In this document: positions 49,712 through 59,308 of the stretch, one piece after another
How the letters are laid out: every line of letters begins with the position of its first letter
Numbering within the stretch: position 1 is the first letter of the stretch
Assembly (NCBI GenBank): GCA_040005235.1
Contig: JBDTZG010000006.1
Location: 64,001 to 128,000 of the forward strand
Length of the DNA stretch: 64,000 nt
Direction: 5' to 3'
DNA from: Acidobacteriota bacterium
Lineage (GTDB): Bacteria; Acidobacteriota; Thermoanaerobaculia; Multivoradales; UBA5704
The notes under the pieces: generated by a model
The model's input: only the letters and a program-made list of their open reading frames with translations
What the model was told of the DNA's origin: nothing
Databases searched by the model: none
Translations under genes and position numbers: made by a program

Positions 49712-49963
49712 CGCACGGGAACAATCGTCACGAAGATTCTTTGTGTGCCTGTGACGCTTTGTTCTTCGCTGTCAGGCCTTAGCTGAAGAGTCGAGCAAAA
49801 CGAAGCCTCCGCAAATGCTGTGCCACACGAAACGACCAATACAGGAGGGGCACTCGGGAGAAACTTGCGGGCCTTGGGGGCTGGCCCTCGGGCATCGCGG
49901 GTCGGCGTAGACGCCTTATACTGGGTATTCAGGCGTCCGGATGGACGTTCGAGGAGCCCGCTT

Positions 49964-52900
49964 ATGCGTCGTCGTCCCGCTCTCTCTCTCGGCCTCCTGC
50001 TTTCTTTGTCCTTACTGGCTTCCGCGGCTTCGGCCACCAGCTATGTCTTGGCGAGCGACGAAAATCTCGCCGCGCGCTCCGACGCGATCGCCCTCGTGCG
50101 GGTGACGGACGTCGAATCGTCCCCGGCCGCTGGACTGCCCGCGACCGACGTGCTGGTCGAAATCGAGCGTCTGGTGCAGGGGAGCGTGGGGGGCAGCTCG
50201 ATCGTCGTCCGCATCCCCGGCGGCACCCGGGATCGGACCACCTGGAAGGTCTGGGGCGCGCCCGCCTTCAAGCGCGGCGAGCGGGCGCTCCTGTTCCTGG
50301 TCGCCCAGGACGACGGCACGTACCACATCCGTCACTTGATGCTCGGCGCATTCCACGCGGTTTCGGCCTCCGGACGGAGGCTCGCCTTGCGCGACCTTTC
50401 GGGGGCGGCGGAGGTGCCGCTGGCCGGGCGGACCGAAAATTCGGCGCAGTGGCGGCAGCCGCGCGACCTCGATCGGTTCGTCGCCTGGCTCGCCGACCGA
50501 GCGGCGGGCAAGGCGCGCGCCGCCGATTATTTTGTTTCGCCTTCCGAGCGGATCGCCGATTTCACCTTCCTGGAGGACCAGGGGCTCAAGGTCCGCTGGT
50601 TCGAGTTCGACCAGGGGCAGAGCATCTCCTGGCGGACGGAGACCTCCGGCCAGCCGGGTCTCGCCGGAGGCGGCGCCACCGAATTCCAGCATGGCCTCGC
50701 GGCCTGGAACGCCGACGCTGCTACCAACGTCGCCTACACCTACGCCGGCCAGACCGCAGGCGGCTCGATCGACCATCAGGACGGCACGAATTCCTTGCTG
50801 TTCAATCGAACGATTCCCGACGTCGATCCTTATGACTGCGATCGAGGCGGCGTGCTGGCGGTCGGTGGTCCCTGGCTCGACCAGGATACCCGCGGCACCT
50901 ATCGCGGCGAGACCTACCTGCTCGCGCTCGAAGCCGACATCTTTACCAACGACAATCTCGCCTGCTTCTTCGCCAGCAGCGGCAGCCCGAGCCAGGCGGC
51001 CGAGGAGCTGCTCACCCACGAGCTGGGCCATACGCTCGGACTGGGGCACTCCTGCGGCGACGACGACAGCGGCGCCTGCAACTCGGCCGACAAGACCAAC
51101 GCGATCATGCGCGCGTTCATCCACGACGACGGCCGGGGGGCCCGGTTGGGCAACGACGATCGCGCCGGGCTGGCCGTCCTCTATACCCCTTCGGGGGGAG
51201 GAGGGGGCGGCGGCGGAACCCCGCAGGCCCCGGCAGGGCTCGCCGCCGCGCTCTCGGGCCTTGCCGCGAACCTCTCCTGGCAGGATCGCTCGACCAACGA
51301 GATCGGTTTCCGTATCTATCGCGGTCTGGACGGCGGCGCGCTCGCTTTGCTCGCGACCCTCCCCGCGGGCGCCGTTTCCTATGTCGACGGCGGTCTTGCC
51401 CCCGGGCACCGCTACGACTACGAGGTGGCCGCGTTCAACAACCGGGGCGAAAGCGGGCGCAGCAACCACGTGACGGTGAACGTGCCGAACGCCCAGCCGG
51501 TCACCGTGACTCTGGTGCCCATCCCGGCCGTCGTTGCGGGCGTGGTGGCGCACTTGGCAGCGACGACCACCGGGCCGGTGGTGCGCGCGGAATGGAACCT
51601 CGGTGGTATCGCCCGCGCGTTCTCCCCCGGACCTTGCAGCCCGGGCCGATTCTGCGCCGATCACCTGTACGACATCCCTGGCACTTATACCGTCCACGTC
51701 ACGGTATTCGGCGACCTCGGCCAGACCGCCGAGGCGACCGGCCAGATTATCGTGGGCGGTTCCGCGGTCGATCTGCCCGGCGAGGATTCGTTCCTCCAGA
51801 GCGTGATCTTCGGCCCGCGCGGAGCGACGGGGGTATTCAAGTCGGACCTCTGGCTGCACAACGACGGCCCGGCCGACACCCGGGTGGGGCTGGTCTACCT
51901 GCCGCGCGGAGCGGGCAACCCGAATCCGGACCGGCGCGAGATCACGCTGCTCGCGGGCACCTCGCAGTACCTGCCGAACGTGCTGGGCAACCTGTTCGGC
52001 GAAACCAGCACCCAAGGGTCGCTCGGGCTCGAATACCGGCGTCCGGTCGCCGCCGCGGCCTCTCCAGGGCATACCTTCGCATTCGCCCGCTCGTTCCTCG
52101 AAGTGGCGGGGGGTAGCTTCGGCCAACTGGTGCCGGAAGAGGGCGAGACGACCTGGTCGGCGGAGGCCAAAGTAGTCGCCGGAGTGCTCGAAGGAACGGG
52201 CTTTGCGAGCACGCTCGCCGCCGCGAACCTCGACGCCGCAGGGGGGCGGGTGGATGTCGACCTGTTCGACGCCCAGGGCGTTGCGGTCGGTGCGACCGCG
52301 AGCTTCCCGCTCGGGGCGCGGACCACCCGTTCGCAGCCGATCGCCAACCTGTTCCCCGCGGCCAAGGACCGGACCGGGCCGTTCACCGCACGCTTCACCT
52401 CGACGGGCGTGCGCTTCGCCGCGTCGGCGACCCTGCTCGAAACGGGGTCGCAGGATCAAATCTTCCTACCTGCTGTGCCGCCGCCGCCGGCCGAAAGCTC
52501 GCTCGATCCGCAGATCTCCGAGGGGGAATTGTTGATCCCCCGGGTGGTGCGCGGCCAGGGGCAGTTCGGCACGCAGCTCACCACCAAGCTCGTGCTCTGG
52601 AACTCGACCGACCAGCCGCGCGACCTGACTTTCTCGCTCTGGCTGCGCGGGCAGGACAATTCGGGGGCGCAGATGATCGTCCGGTCGCTGCCGGCGCGCG
52701 CCGCTCTGTTGATCGACGACGTCGCCAAGGACTTGTTCGGCCTCGACGAGGCGACCGGCGCGTTGCGCATCCTCTGGCGCGGGCCGGTCGGTCCGGGACC
52801 GCGGATCTTGGCGCTCGGCTTTGCCACCACCGCCGGCCCGCCCGCCCTGCGGTTCGGCATGCTGGTCGACGCGCGCCGGCCGATCTTGGAAGGGAGCCGC

Positions 52901-53218
52901 CACGCGGTCGATTTCGGGGCCGAGCAACTGCCGATCTCGCGCTCGAGCTACGGCTTGATCAACCTGAACAATGCGCCGACCACCGTGCGCCTCACCCTCG
53001 CGGATGAGAAGGGGACCGTTCTTGGCCAGACCACTTTTTCGCTCAAAGCCCGCCAGCACTTCGAGCGGACTCTTCTCGGCGTGTTCACCGGGCTCGCCAA
53101 CGGTTCGAACTGGCACGTGACGACGGAGGTCGTCGCGGGCGGCGACGTGTTGACCTACCTGGCCAACATCAACGCGACCGGCGACATCTTTTACGTGCCA
53201 GGTCGACCGCTCGATTAG
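49964..53218 (+). CDS. Secreted metzincin (matrixin-like) protease with FN3, PKD-like and repeated C-terminal beta domains
   Basis: Signal peptide; HELGHTLGLGH plus Met-turn AIM; FN3 (LSWQDRSTNEIGFRIYR...YDYEVAAFN); HLYDIPGTYTV. Confidence 0.85.
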   Translation: MRRRPALSLGLLLSLSLLASAASATSYVLASDENLAARSDAIALVRVTDVESSPAAGLPATDVLVEIERLVQGSVGGSSIVVRIPGGTRDRTTWKVWGAPAFKRGERALLFLVAQDDGTYHIRHLMLGAFHAVSASGRRLALRDLSGAAEVPLAGRTENSAQWRQPRDLDRFVAWLADRAAGKARAADYFVSPSERIADFTFLEDQGLKVRWFEFDQGQSISWRTETSGQPGLAGGGATEFQHGLAAWNADAATNVAYTYAGQTAGGSIDHQDGTNSLLFNRTIPDVDPYDCDRGGVLAVGGPWLDQDTRGTYRGETYLLALEADIFTNDNLACFFASSGSPSQAAEELLTHELGHTLGLGHSCGDDDSGACNSADKTNAIMRAFIHDDGRGARLGNDDRAGLAVLYTPSGGGGGGGGTPQAPAGLAAALSGLAANLSWQDRSTNEIGFRIYRGLDGGALALLATLPAGAVSYVDGGLAPGHRYDYEVAAFNNRGESGRSNHVTVNVPNAQPVTVTLVPIPAVVAGVVAHLAATTTGPVVRAEWNLGGIARAFSPGPCSPGRFCADHLYDIPGTYTVHVTVFGDLGQTAEATGQIIVGGSAVDLPGEDSFLQSVIFGPRGATGVFKSDLWLHNDGPADTRVGLVYLPRGAGNPNPDRREITLLAGTSQYLPNVLGNLFGETSTQGSLGLEYRRPVAAAASPGHTFAFARSFLEVAGGSFGQLVPEEGETTWSAEAKVVAGVLEGTGFASTLAAANLDAAGGRVDVDLFDAQGVAVGATASFPLGARTTRSQPIANLFPAAKDRTGPFTARFTSTGVRFAASATLLETGSQDQIFLPAVPPPPAESSLDPQISEGELLIPRVVRGQGQFGTQLTTKLVLWNSTDQPRDLTFSLWLRGQDNSGAQMIVRSLPARAALLIDDVAKDLFGLDEATGALRILWRGPVGPGPRILALGFATTAGPPALRFGMLVDARRPILEGSRHAVDFGAEQLPISRSSYGLINLNNAPTTVRLTLADEKGTVLGQTTFSLKARQHFERTLLGVFTGLANGSNWHVTTEVVAGGDVLTYLANINATGDIFYVPGRPLD

Positions 53219-53405
53219 GGCCCAAGGACCCCGGGACGGACGCGCTCTCCGCCCCCGGGGAAGGCGGGAGAAAGAAGCCGGATCCCGCCCACCTTCCGCC
53301 CTTGACATCAGGGCGCCGTTCGTTGTCCGAAAAAGCTCCCCCGTCACCGGTTCGGCACTCCCTTAAAGCCGGGGGTATCGCGTGGATGCGCGAGAGGAAA
53401 AATTT

Positions 53406-53541
53406 CAAACTATTGATTCCATTGACATTACGTGGATTGCACAACAAACTGTTCAATCCGGTCAAAATGTCGGTCGCAACTCTGTTTTCTCGTCGTCACA
53501 TGGCGCTTTCCCACAGAGTTTTCCACAGATCCTGCGGGAAA
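53406..53541. promoter_or_regulatory. IHF site plus DnaA-box cluster (oriC- or datA-like)
   Basis: Minus strand AATCAATAGTTTG (53406-53418) matches WATCARN4TTR; TTTTCCACA 53519-53527, TTTCCCACA 53507-53515, inverted TTTCCCGCA 53533-53541. Confidence 0.55.
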
Positions 53542-53574
53542 CCCGGAAAGCTCAATGGCCACCACCACTTGACC

Positions 53575-55569
53575 CTAATGGCGGTTAATTTCGACCGGGG
53601 GACGAAGGTCGCCGAGGCGGCAATCGGCGGCTGAAAAAAGCTCCGCCGAGGTGGTCGGCAGCCGGGTGGCCGCGGGAATCTCCGACCCCTCTTCCGCGCC
53701 GGAACGAATCCCCACTCCGCCTAAGTAGGCGCCCCACGGGAGGCGGCGAAACCAGTGGAGCGAGAAGCTGGCATCCGGGGTCTCCGCGCCGAAGGTGAGA
53801 AACGAGACCTCCCGCTCGGCCGCCGGTTCCCGCGCCGCAGCCAGGACCAGCGCCCGCCGCCATCCGGGCTCGACGCCGGAGAGCCGCTCGATCCGGGCAA
53901 CCGCCGCGCGCCGCAGCTCACCGCGGCCCGGCTCATCGATCGCCTGGAGCAGCAACGGTTCGGCGAGCAGTGCCCGGGCGGCAACCGAGGCGGCATCCGC
54001 GGGGGCCGGTTCGGCCCGCAGACGAAGCCAGGGGGCGAGCCCGTCGAACGGCGCCGCCCGGCAGGCGCGATCGAGCGCCGCGCCCGACCAGGGCCGGTGC
54101 GCGTCGATCCCCAGCTCTCCGGCCAGCAGCCAGAGCGGTGCGACGTCGCCCGCCGCCTGCGCTGCGCGAAGGGCATCCTCCGCATCGACCTCGGGGTCGC
54201 GTGCCCGATATGCCGCCCGCCGTGCCCGGTAGAGCCCGAAGGAAGGGTCTTCCGCGACGGCGGCATCGAGCGCCGCAATCGAGCGCGCGCGGTCGGTACC
54301 GATTGCCCGGTCGTATCTCTGGTGGGCGAGATCGAGCGGGAAAATAAGCACCAGGGCGGCGAGGGCCGCCGCGCGCAGCAGACCTACCGCCCGGCGGCTT
54401 GGCGGGACAGTCTCGGCCAGGCCGGGAGCGATCGCCGCACCCCCCGCGAGCACCGCCGCGACCGCCAGCGCGGTAACCGACCAGGCGCCGGAAGCGAAAG
54501 CGACCACCGCTCCGCCGAGCAGACCGAGAAGTCCGGCGCGCCGCAGCGGATCGGGCGCCGCGCGCTCCTCCCGAAGGCGCACACGGCCGAAGGTGAATGC
54601 GAGGCCGAGCGCGAGGATCAGGCCCGTTCCGCCCAGCTCGTAGCCGACCGTGAGCGGCAAGGCATGCAGCTCACCCACCGCTTCGCCGGGCGGGTTCGCT
54701 CCGGGAATAGGCACCAGAAACGGCGCGATCGTCCACGGGGTCGCCCCCGGTCCCCAGCCGAGCAGCGGGCGCTCGGCCCAACCGGAGAGCCCCGCCTTTA
54801 GGTACACCTGTCGCGCCGCGGCCGAAGCGTCGCTGCCGGAAAGGATCGAAAACCCGCGCGGGGCGAGAGCGACCGCAAACAGCAGCACCGCGAGCCCTAG
54901 AATCCGGCGTAACCGGCGGTCGCGCACCCAGAGGGCCGCGATGCCCGCCTCGACCAACCCCGCCGCGAGCCCGGCCGCCGAGCGAGAGACAACCAGCGCG
55001 AGGACTCCGAGAAGCCCCGCACCGATTCCGATCCCAAGGTGCCATCGCGCGGCGGGTTTCGAGACCGCCGGGAGCAGTGCGAGCGGCAGCACGATAGTGA
55101 GCCACCCTGCGAGCAACCCGTGGTGGCCGAGCGGCAGGGAAGGGCGAGCCGAAACGCCGGCCGACCAGGCGACCAAAGCGTAGGCCGAAACCAGGGCCAC
55201 GACGACCGCGACCGCGACCGTCGACCGCTCCCGCTCCGCGGCAAAGGCATGGGCGACAACCGGCATCAACAGGGCGAGAAGCACCGCCACCACGATTCCC
55301 GCGCGCCCCGCCCGTGGTACCGGAGAGGCGAACAGGCTTGCGAGTGCCGAGATCGCCAACGCGACAGGCAGGTAGCGTCTGGATTTCCCCAACGCCAACG
55401 GGTCGAACGGTGCGCCGACGCGGCCGGCGAAACCGAACACCGCCAACCCGATCGCTAGATGGCCGAGGATCGCCCCGGCCGCGGTGGCCCCGCCGACGAA
55501 TGTCCCGGCATATCCGGCAAACAGAGCGAGTAGGAGTGCGGGCATCCACGCCAGAAACCGATCGCTCAT
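53575..55569 (-). CDS. O-antigen ligase (Wzy_C)-like membrane protein with helical C-terminal region
   Basis: Multi-TM; R.SLPLGHH, SRSAAG, RPLLGWGPG, LHALP..VGYELG. Confidence 0.7.
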   Translation of the reverse strand: MSDRFLAWMPALLLALFAGYAGTFVGGATAAGAILGHLAIGLAVFGFAGRVGAPFDPLALGKSRRYLPVALAISALASLFASPVPRAGRAGIVVAVLLALLMPVVAHAFAAERERSTVAVAVVVALVSAYALVAWSAGVSARPSLPLGHHGLLAGWLTIVLPLALLPAVSKPAARWHLGIGIGAGLLGVLALVVSRSAAGLAAGLVEAGIAALWVRDRRLRRILGLAVLLFAVALAPRGFSILSGSDASAAARQVYLKAGLSGWAERPLLGWGPGATPWTIAPFLVPIPGANPPGEAVGELHALPLTVGYELGGTGLILALGLAFTFGRVRLREERAAPDPLRRAGLLGLLGGAVVAFASGAWSVTALAVAAVLAGGAAIAPGLAETVPPSRRAVGLLRAAALAALVLIFPLDLAHQRYDRAIGTDRARSIAALDAAVAEDPSFGLYRARRAAYRARDPEVDAEDALRAAQAAGDVAPLWLLAGELGIDAHRPWSGAALDRACRAAPFDGLAPWLRLRAEPAPADAASVAARALLAEPLLLQAIDEPGRGELRRAAVARIERLSGVEPGWRRALVLAAAREPAAEREVSFLTFGAETPDASFSLHWFRRLPWGAYLGGVGIRSGAEEGSEIPAATRLPTTSAELFSAADCRLGDLRPPVEINRH

Positions 55570-55572
55570 CCC

Positions 55573-56331
55573 CTACCGCCCCCGGATTTGTTCGAGCACC
55601 AGCCGGCTCTTCAATTCGTGCTGGAGGAATCCGCAGCGCACTTCGGCGCACAATGCCTCGACCTGACGCAAAACCTTCTCGCCGGGAGGAGGCTCGGCCG
55701 CGAGCGCCGGGCCGACGCGGCCGATCCGCAGCAGGAATTCGATCGTCCCGGGCAGCAAGGATTTCAGGGGCCGCCCATCGCGCCCGCCGCACTCGGCGCA
55801 TAGCAGACTGTCGCCGCCGCGCGGCAGGACCGCCCCCTTGGCAGTGAAGTCGCCGCCGCATTCCGGACAGTCGCGCGGCGCGGGGAAGATCCCGGCCAGG
55901 CGCAGCACCCAGGCTTCGAAATAGCGCGCGACCGCATCGCGATCGACGCCGCCGAGCAACGCTTCGAGCGTCGCGTCGAGCAGCCGGTAGAGCGGTTCGC
56001 TCGGCTCGTCCTCCTGCGCGAACTCGATCAGATGCTCGGCGAGGTAGGAGCCGAGCAGGATGTCGTCCAAGTCTTCGAGCAACTTTCCCGCTGGACGGAT
56101 CAGCTCGACCGAGGAAATTCTCACCAGGTCGCTTCCGTCCTTTTGAAACCAGGTCATCGCCGCCTTGGCGAGCGGCTGGAGCTCCCCGGCGAATCGGCTG
56201 TGGCGTGCCCGGGAACCCTTCGCCACCCCTTTCTTCTTGCCGTGCTCGCGGGTGAGGAAGACGACGATTCGATCGCGGTCAGAAAGATCGGCGACGGAGA
56301 GGATCAGAGCTTCGGCGGATTCGAGCGGCAC
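55573..56331 (-). CDS. recO: DNA repair protein RecO
   Basis: DRIVVFLTREHGKKKGVAKGSR, CPECG...CAEC zinc finger, ELKS. Confidence 0.92.
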   Translation of the reverse strand: MPLESAEALILSVADLSDRDRIVVFLTREHGKKKGVAKGSRARHSRFAGELQPLAKAAMTWFQKDGSDLVRISSVELIRPAGKLLEDLDDILLGSYLAEHLIEFAQEDEPSEPLYRLLDATLEALLGGVDRDAVARYFEAWVLRLAGIFPAPRDCPECGGDFTAKGAVLPRGGDSLLCAECGGRDGRPLKSLLPGTIEFLLRIGRVGPALAAEPPPGEKVLRQVEALCAEVRCGFLQHELKSRLVLEQIRGR

Positions 56332-56369
56332 GGCGGACGGCAGTGTATCCGCCTGGTAGGCTAGGCAGA

Positions 56370-57404
56370 ATGATCGGCAGAAAGAAGAACGGCGGCGGCG
56401 CAGCCGTGGCGGCGGATTCGGCCACCCTGCACGACCCCAATCATGACCCCAACCGCGACCTCGGTTTCGGCGCGGTGGTCTCGCGCGAGAGCCGGCAGCG
56501 GCTGCTCAACCGGAACGGCGGCTTCAACGTCGTCCGCGAGGGGCTCGGCTTCTGGCAGTCGCTCTCGCCCTATCATCTGCTGCTCACCACCAGCTGGCCG
56601 CGGTTCCTCGGCTTGGTCCTGCTCACCTACCTCGGGATCAACGCGCTGTTCGCCGCCGCGTTCTTCGCCTGCGGCCCCGCCGCCCTGTCCGGAATCGACC
56701 ACTCGGCCAGCGCGATGGGCCTCTTCCTCCAGGATTTCTTCTTCAGCGTCGAGACCTTCGCTACGATCGGCTATGGCACGCTCAGCCCCCAGAGCCTCGC
56801 CGCGAACTGGCTGATGACCATCGAATCGCTCGCCGGCTTGCTCGGCTTCGCGCTCGCCACCGGTTTGGTGTTCTCGCGCTTCGCGCGGCCGGGGGCCTGC
56901 ATCCTGTTTTCCGACAAGGCGATCTTCGCGCCTTTCCGCGACGGCACCGCGCTCATGTTCCGGATCGCCAACCGGCGTTCGACCCAGCTGTTCGAGGTGA
57001 AGACCAAGGTGATCATGGGCCGGTTCCGTAAAGGCACCCCCGGGGCCGGCCGGGAGTTTCTACCGCTCACCCTTGAGCGCGACCGGGTGGATTTCTTCCC
57101 GCTCTCCTGGACGCTGGTCCACCCGATCGACCCTTCGAGCCCGATGTGGGGTTGGACCTACGAACAGATCCAAGCCGCCAGCACCGAGCTGCTGGTGATG
57201 ATCCAGGGCTTCGACGAGACGTTCTCGCAAACGGTCCATACCCGCTCGTCGTACACCGCAGACGAGATGATCTGGGGCGCCCGCTTCACCAACCTGTTCA
57301 ACCCGCCGATGCCCGACGGCACCATCTCGATCGACGTCGGTAAGCTCCACGACACCGAGCCCGCCGAACTGCCGGTTCCACTCGCCCTGCCGGAAAGCCC
57401 GTAA
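56370..57404 (+). CDS. Inward rectifier K+ channel (KirBac-like)
   Basis: Two TM; FFFSVETFATIGYG filter; FSRFARP, LMFRIANRR, PLSWTLVHPID..SP. Confidence 0.92.
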   Translation: MIGRKKNGGGAAVAADSATLHDPNHDPNRDLGFGAVVSRESRQRLLNRNGGFNVVREGLGFWQSLSPYHLLLTTSWPRFLGLVLLTYLGINALFAAAFFACGPAALSGIDHSASAMGLFLQDFFFSVETFATIGYGTLSPQSLAANWLMTIESLAGLLGFALATGLVFSRFARPGACILFSDKAIFAPFRDGTALMFRIANRRSTQLFEVKTKVIMGRFRKGTPGAGREFLPLTLERDRVDFFPLSWTLVHPIDPSSPMWGWTYEQIQAASTELLVMIQGFDETFSQTVHTRSSYTADEMIWGARFTNLFNPPMPDGTISIDVGKLHDTEPAELPVPLALPESP

Positions 57405-57424
57405 GCGGGCGGCCCTTGGCACCC

Positions 57425-58021
57425 ATGCCTTCCGAATACGATCCGCTTTTCGCGCGCGCCCAACGGGGAGACGAAAGCGGCGACCTCGAACCGGTTCGCG
57501 ACCGCTTCCTCGCCGCTTCGAAGCCTTACCTGCGCGCCTACTGGACCTGGCTCGCTTGGGCGTTGATCCTCCCCGCGGCGGCGTTTCTCACCCCGACGGC
57601 GCTTTCGTACCGCGGCCCGCGCGGCGTGTTGTTCCTCTGGTCGATCGCGATCCTGCTCGGCGGAGCGGTCGAGTTCGTGGCGATCCGCAAAGCCGGCCAA
57701 ACCGCCCCGGTCAGCGGCCTCGCCCGCTGGGCTCTCCGCGCGCAAGGAAACCTCTCCTTCGTCGCTGTCCTGCTCTCCGGCCTACTGTTTTGGGTCGACG
57801 CGGCCTGGGCCGTGCCGGGCGTCTGGCTTCTGCTGCTCGGCCACTCGTTCTATATCTTGGGGGGAATCTCATTCCCGCCGTTTCGCCGTTACGGCCTGAT
57901 CTACCAGATCGGAGGCTTCGCCGCGCTCTGGCCAGGCGGCGCTCCGCTTCTGGTGCTCGCCGTCACCCTGTTTATGGGGAACCTATGGATGGCTTGGGCA
58001 GTCTGGCGGGAGCGGGCTTAG
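57425..58021 (+). CDS. Hypothetical multi-pass membrane protein
   Basis: About six hydrophobic segments, co-oriented with the channel gene. Confidence 0.65.
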   Translation: MPSEYDPLFARAQRGDESGDLEPVRDRFLAASKPYLRAYWTWLAWALILPAAAFLTPTALSYRGPRGVLFLWSIAILLGGAVEFVAIRKAGQTAPVSGLARWALRAQGNLSFVAVLLSGLLFWVDAAWAVPGVWLLLLGHSFYILGGISFPPFRRYGLIYQIGGFAALWPGGAPLLVLAVTLFMGNLWMAWAVWRERA

Positions 58022-59172
58022 ATCGCCGTCCCCCGATAGACCGCCCCGATGAACGGCCCGGATTCGAAGGCCGCGCGGTCGATCTGGCTTTGGAAGCAGA
58101 CGCCGCGGGGGCCGTCGGGTTGCAGAACCATGCGAATCGATTCGGCGAGGGCCGAGGTCGTGGTGGTCTGGATCGCCTTCAATCGCCGGGCTCCGATCTG
58201 CATCGGGCCGACCCTGTAGGCGATCTCCCGGCGATGCAGCTCGCCGTAAGCGTTCTTTCCCTGAACGGCGGCATAAACCAGGACGAGGTCATCGCCGTCG
58301 GTGTGCGGCACCTGTTCGAGCATCCGGTGGTGGAGGAACTGCGCCGCGTCTTCTCCCGGCGGGCGCTCGGCGAGCTGCGCTTCGACCCAGGCGTAGTGGC
58401 CCGGATAGCGGAGCGTCTTGTAATCCAGGTTGCGCACCTTGCCGGCGAGGGCGCGCGGCAGGTCGGCGGCGCCGCCTGAGGTGAGCGCCTCTTCGTAGAG
58501 GATGCCGCCGAGCAGCAGATTGCGCCGCTCAGAAAGGGAGGGAAGCTCGGTGGTCGCAAAATCGCGCACGGCGATCGCTGGCTTGACGTATTCGGTCGCG
58601 ACGCCGATCGAGCTCCAGGTGAAGCCGTAGCAGTGTGGCGAGGGGGCGTGCGGGGTAAGGGCGCCCACCCGCATTTCGATCGAATCGACCGCGGTGACGC
58701 CGTGGTCGCGGCAGAAGTCCAAGAACAGGCCGTGCCCGAGGATGTTGACGTAGCCGGGGGCGATGCCGGTCTGGACCACGAAACCGGTATCGGCGCCGCG
58801 GGCGATCTCGACCACCTGGTCCGTCTCGTGGACGTATTCGGTCAGGTTCGCATAGTGCAGGTTCCGTTCTCGGGCGAAACGCGCCATGCGCGGTGCCTCG
58901 GCCCCCGGCAGACAGTCGAGCAGGGCGTCGCCGCCGTCGAGAATCTGCTCCAGCTCGGGGCTCGAACCGGTCGCCGGCATCAGGAAAGGCTCGACCGTGC
59001 CAGGCCGGCTCGATCCATCGGCGATCCAGGCGGCGGCCGTTTTCGCCCGCGGCAGGTCGACGTCGCCGATCCATAGTTCGACCTCGAAATCTGCCAACTC
59101 GCGCAACATCAGGCCTACCGCGCTGCCCATCCCGCCGGCGCCCGCGATGACGATCTTGTGCCTGGCATCCAT
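58018..59172 (-). CDS. Saccharopine dehydrogenase-like NAD(P)-dependent oxidoreductase
   Basis: GAGGMG Rossmann motif, QTGIAPG, VGAL, FTWS, TSGG, YKTLRYPGH. Confidence 0.85.
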   Translation of the reverse strand: MDARHKIVIAGAGGMGSAVGLMLRELADFEVELWIGDVDLPRAKTAAAWIADGSSRPGTVEPFLMPATGSSPELEQILDGGDALLDCLPGAEAPRMARFARERNLHYANLTEYVHETDQVVEIARGADTGFVVQTGIAPGYVNILGHGLFLDFCRDHGVTAVDSIEMRVGALTPHAPSPHCYGFTWSSIGVATEYVKPAIAVRDFATTELPSLSERRNLLLGGILYEEALTSGGAADLPRALAGKVRNLDYKTLRYPGHYAWVEAQLAERPPGEDAAQFLHHRMLEQVPHTDGDDLVLVYAAVQGKNAYGELHRREIAYRVGPMQIGARRLKAIQTTTTSALAESIRMVLQPDGPRGVCFQSQIDRAAFESGPFIGAVYRGTAI

Positions 59173-59276
59173 GATTTGGAGAGCCCCCGCCCCCTAGGAA
59201 CCGATTGGAATCAGGATTGAGTCGGAAATTTAGCGGTCTACGGGCGTCCTAAAACCGCCCGCGGCAAAGCCGGCGG

Positions 59277-59306
59277 ATGCTAGCACCCGGTCCTTAAAGG
59301 GGTCAA
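59277..59306 (-). promoter_or_regulatory. Sigma70-type promoter candidate for the oxidoreductase
   Basis: Minus strand TTGACC-N18-TAGCAT with a TG extension. Confidence 0.45.
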
Positions 59307-59308
59307 AC

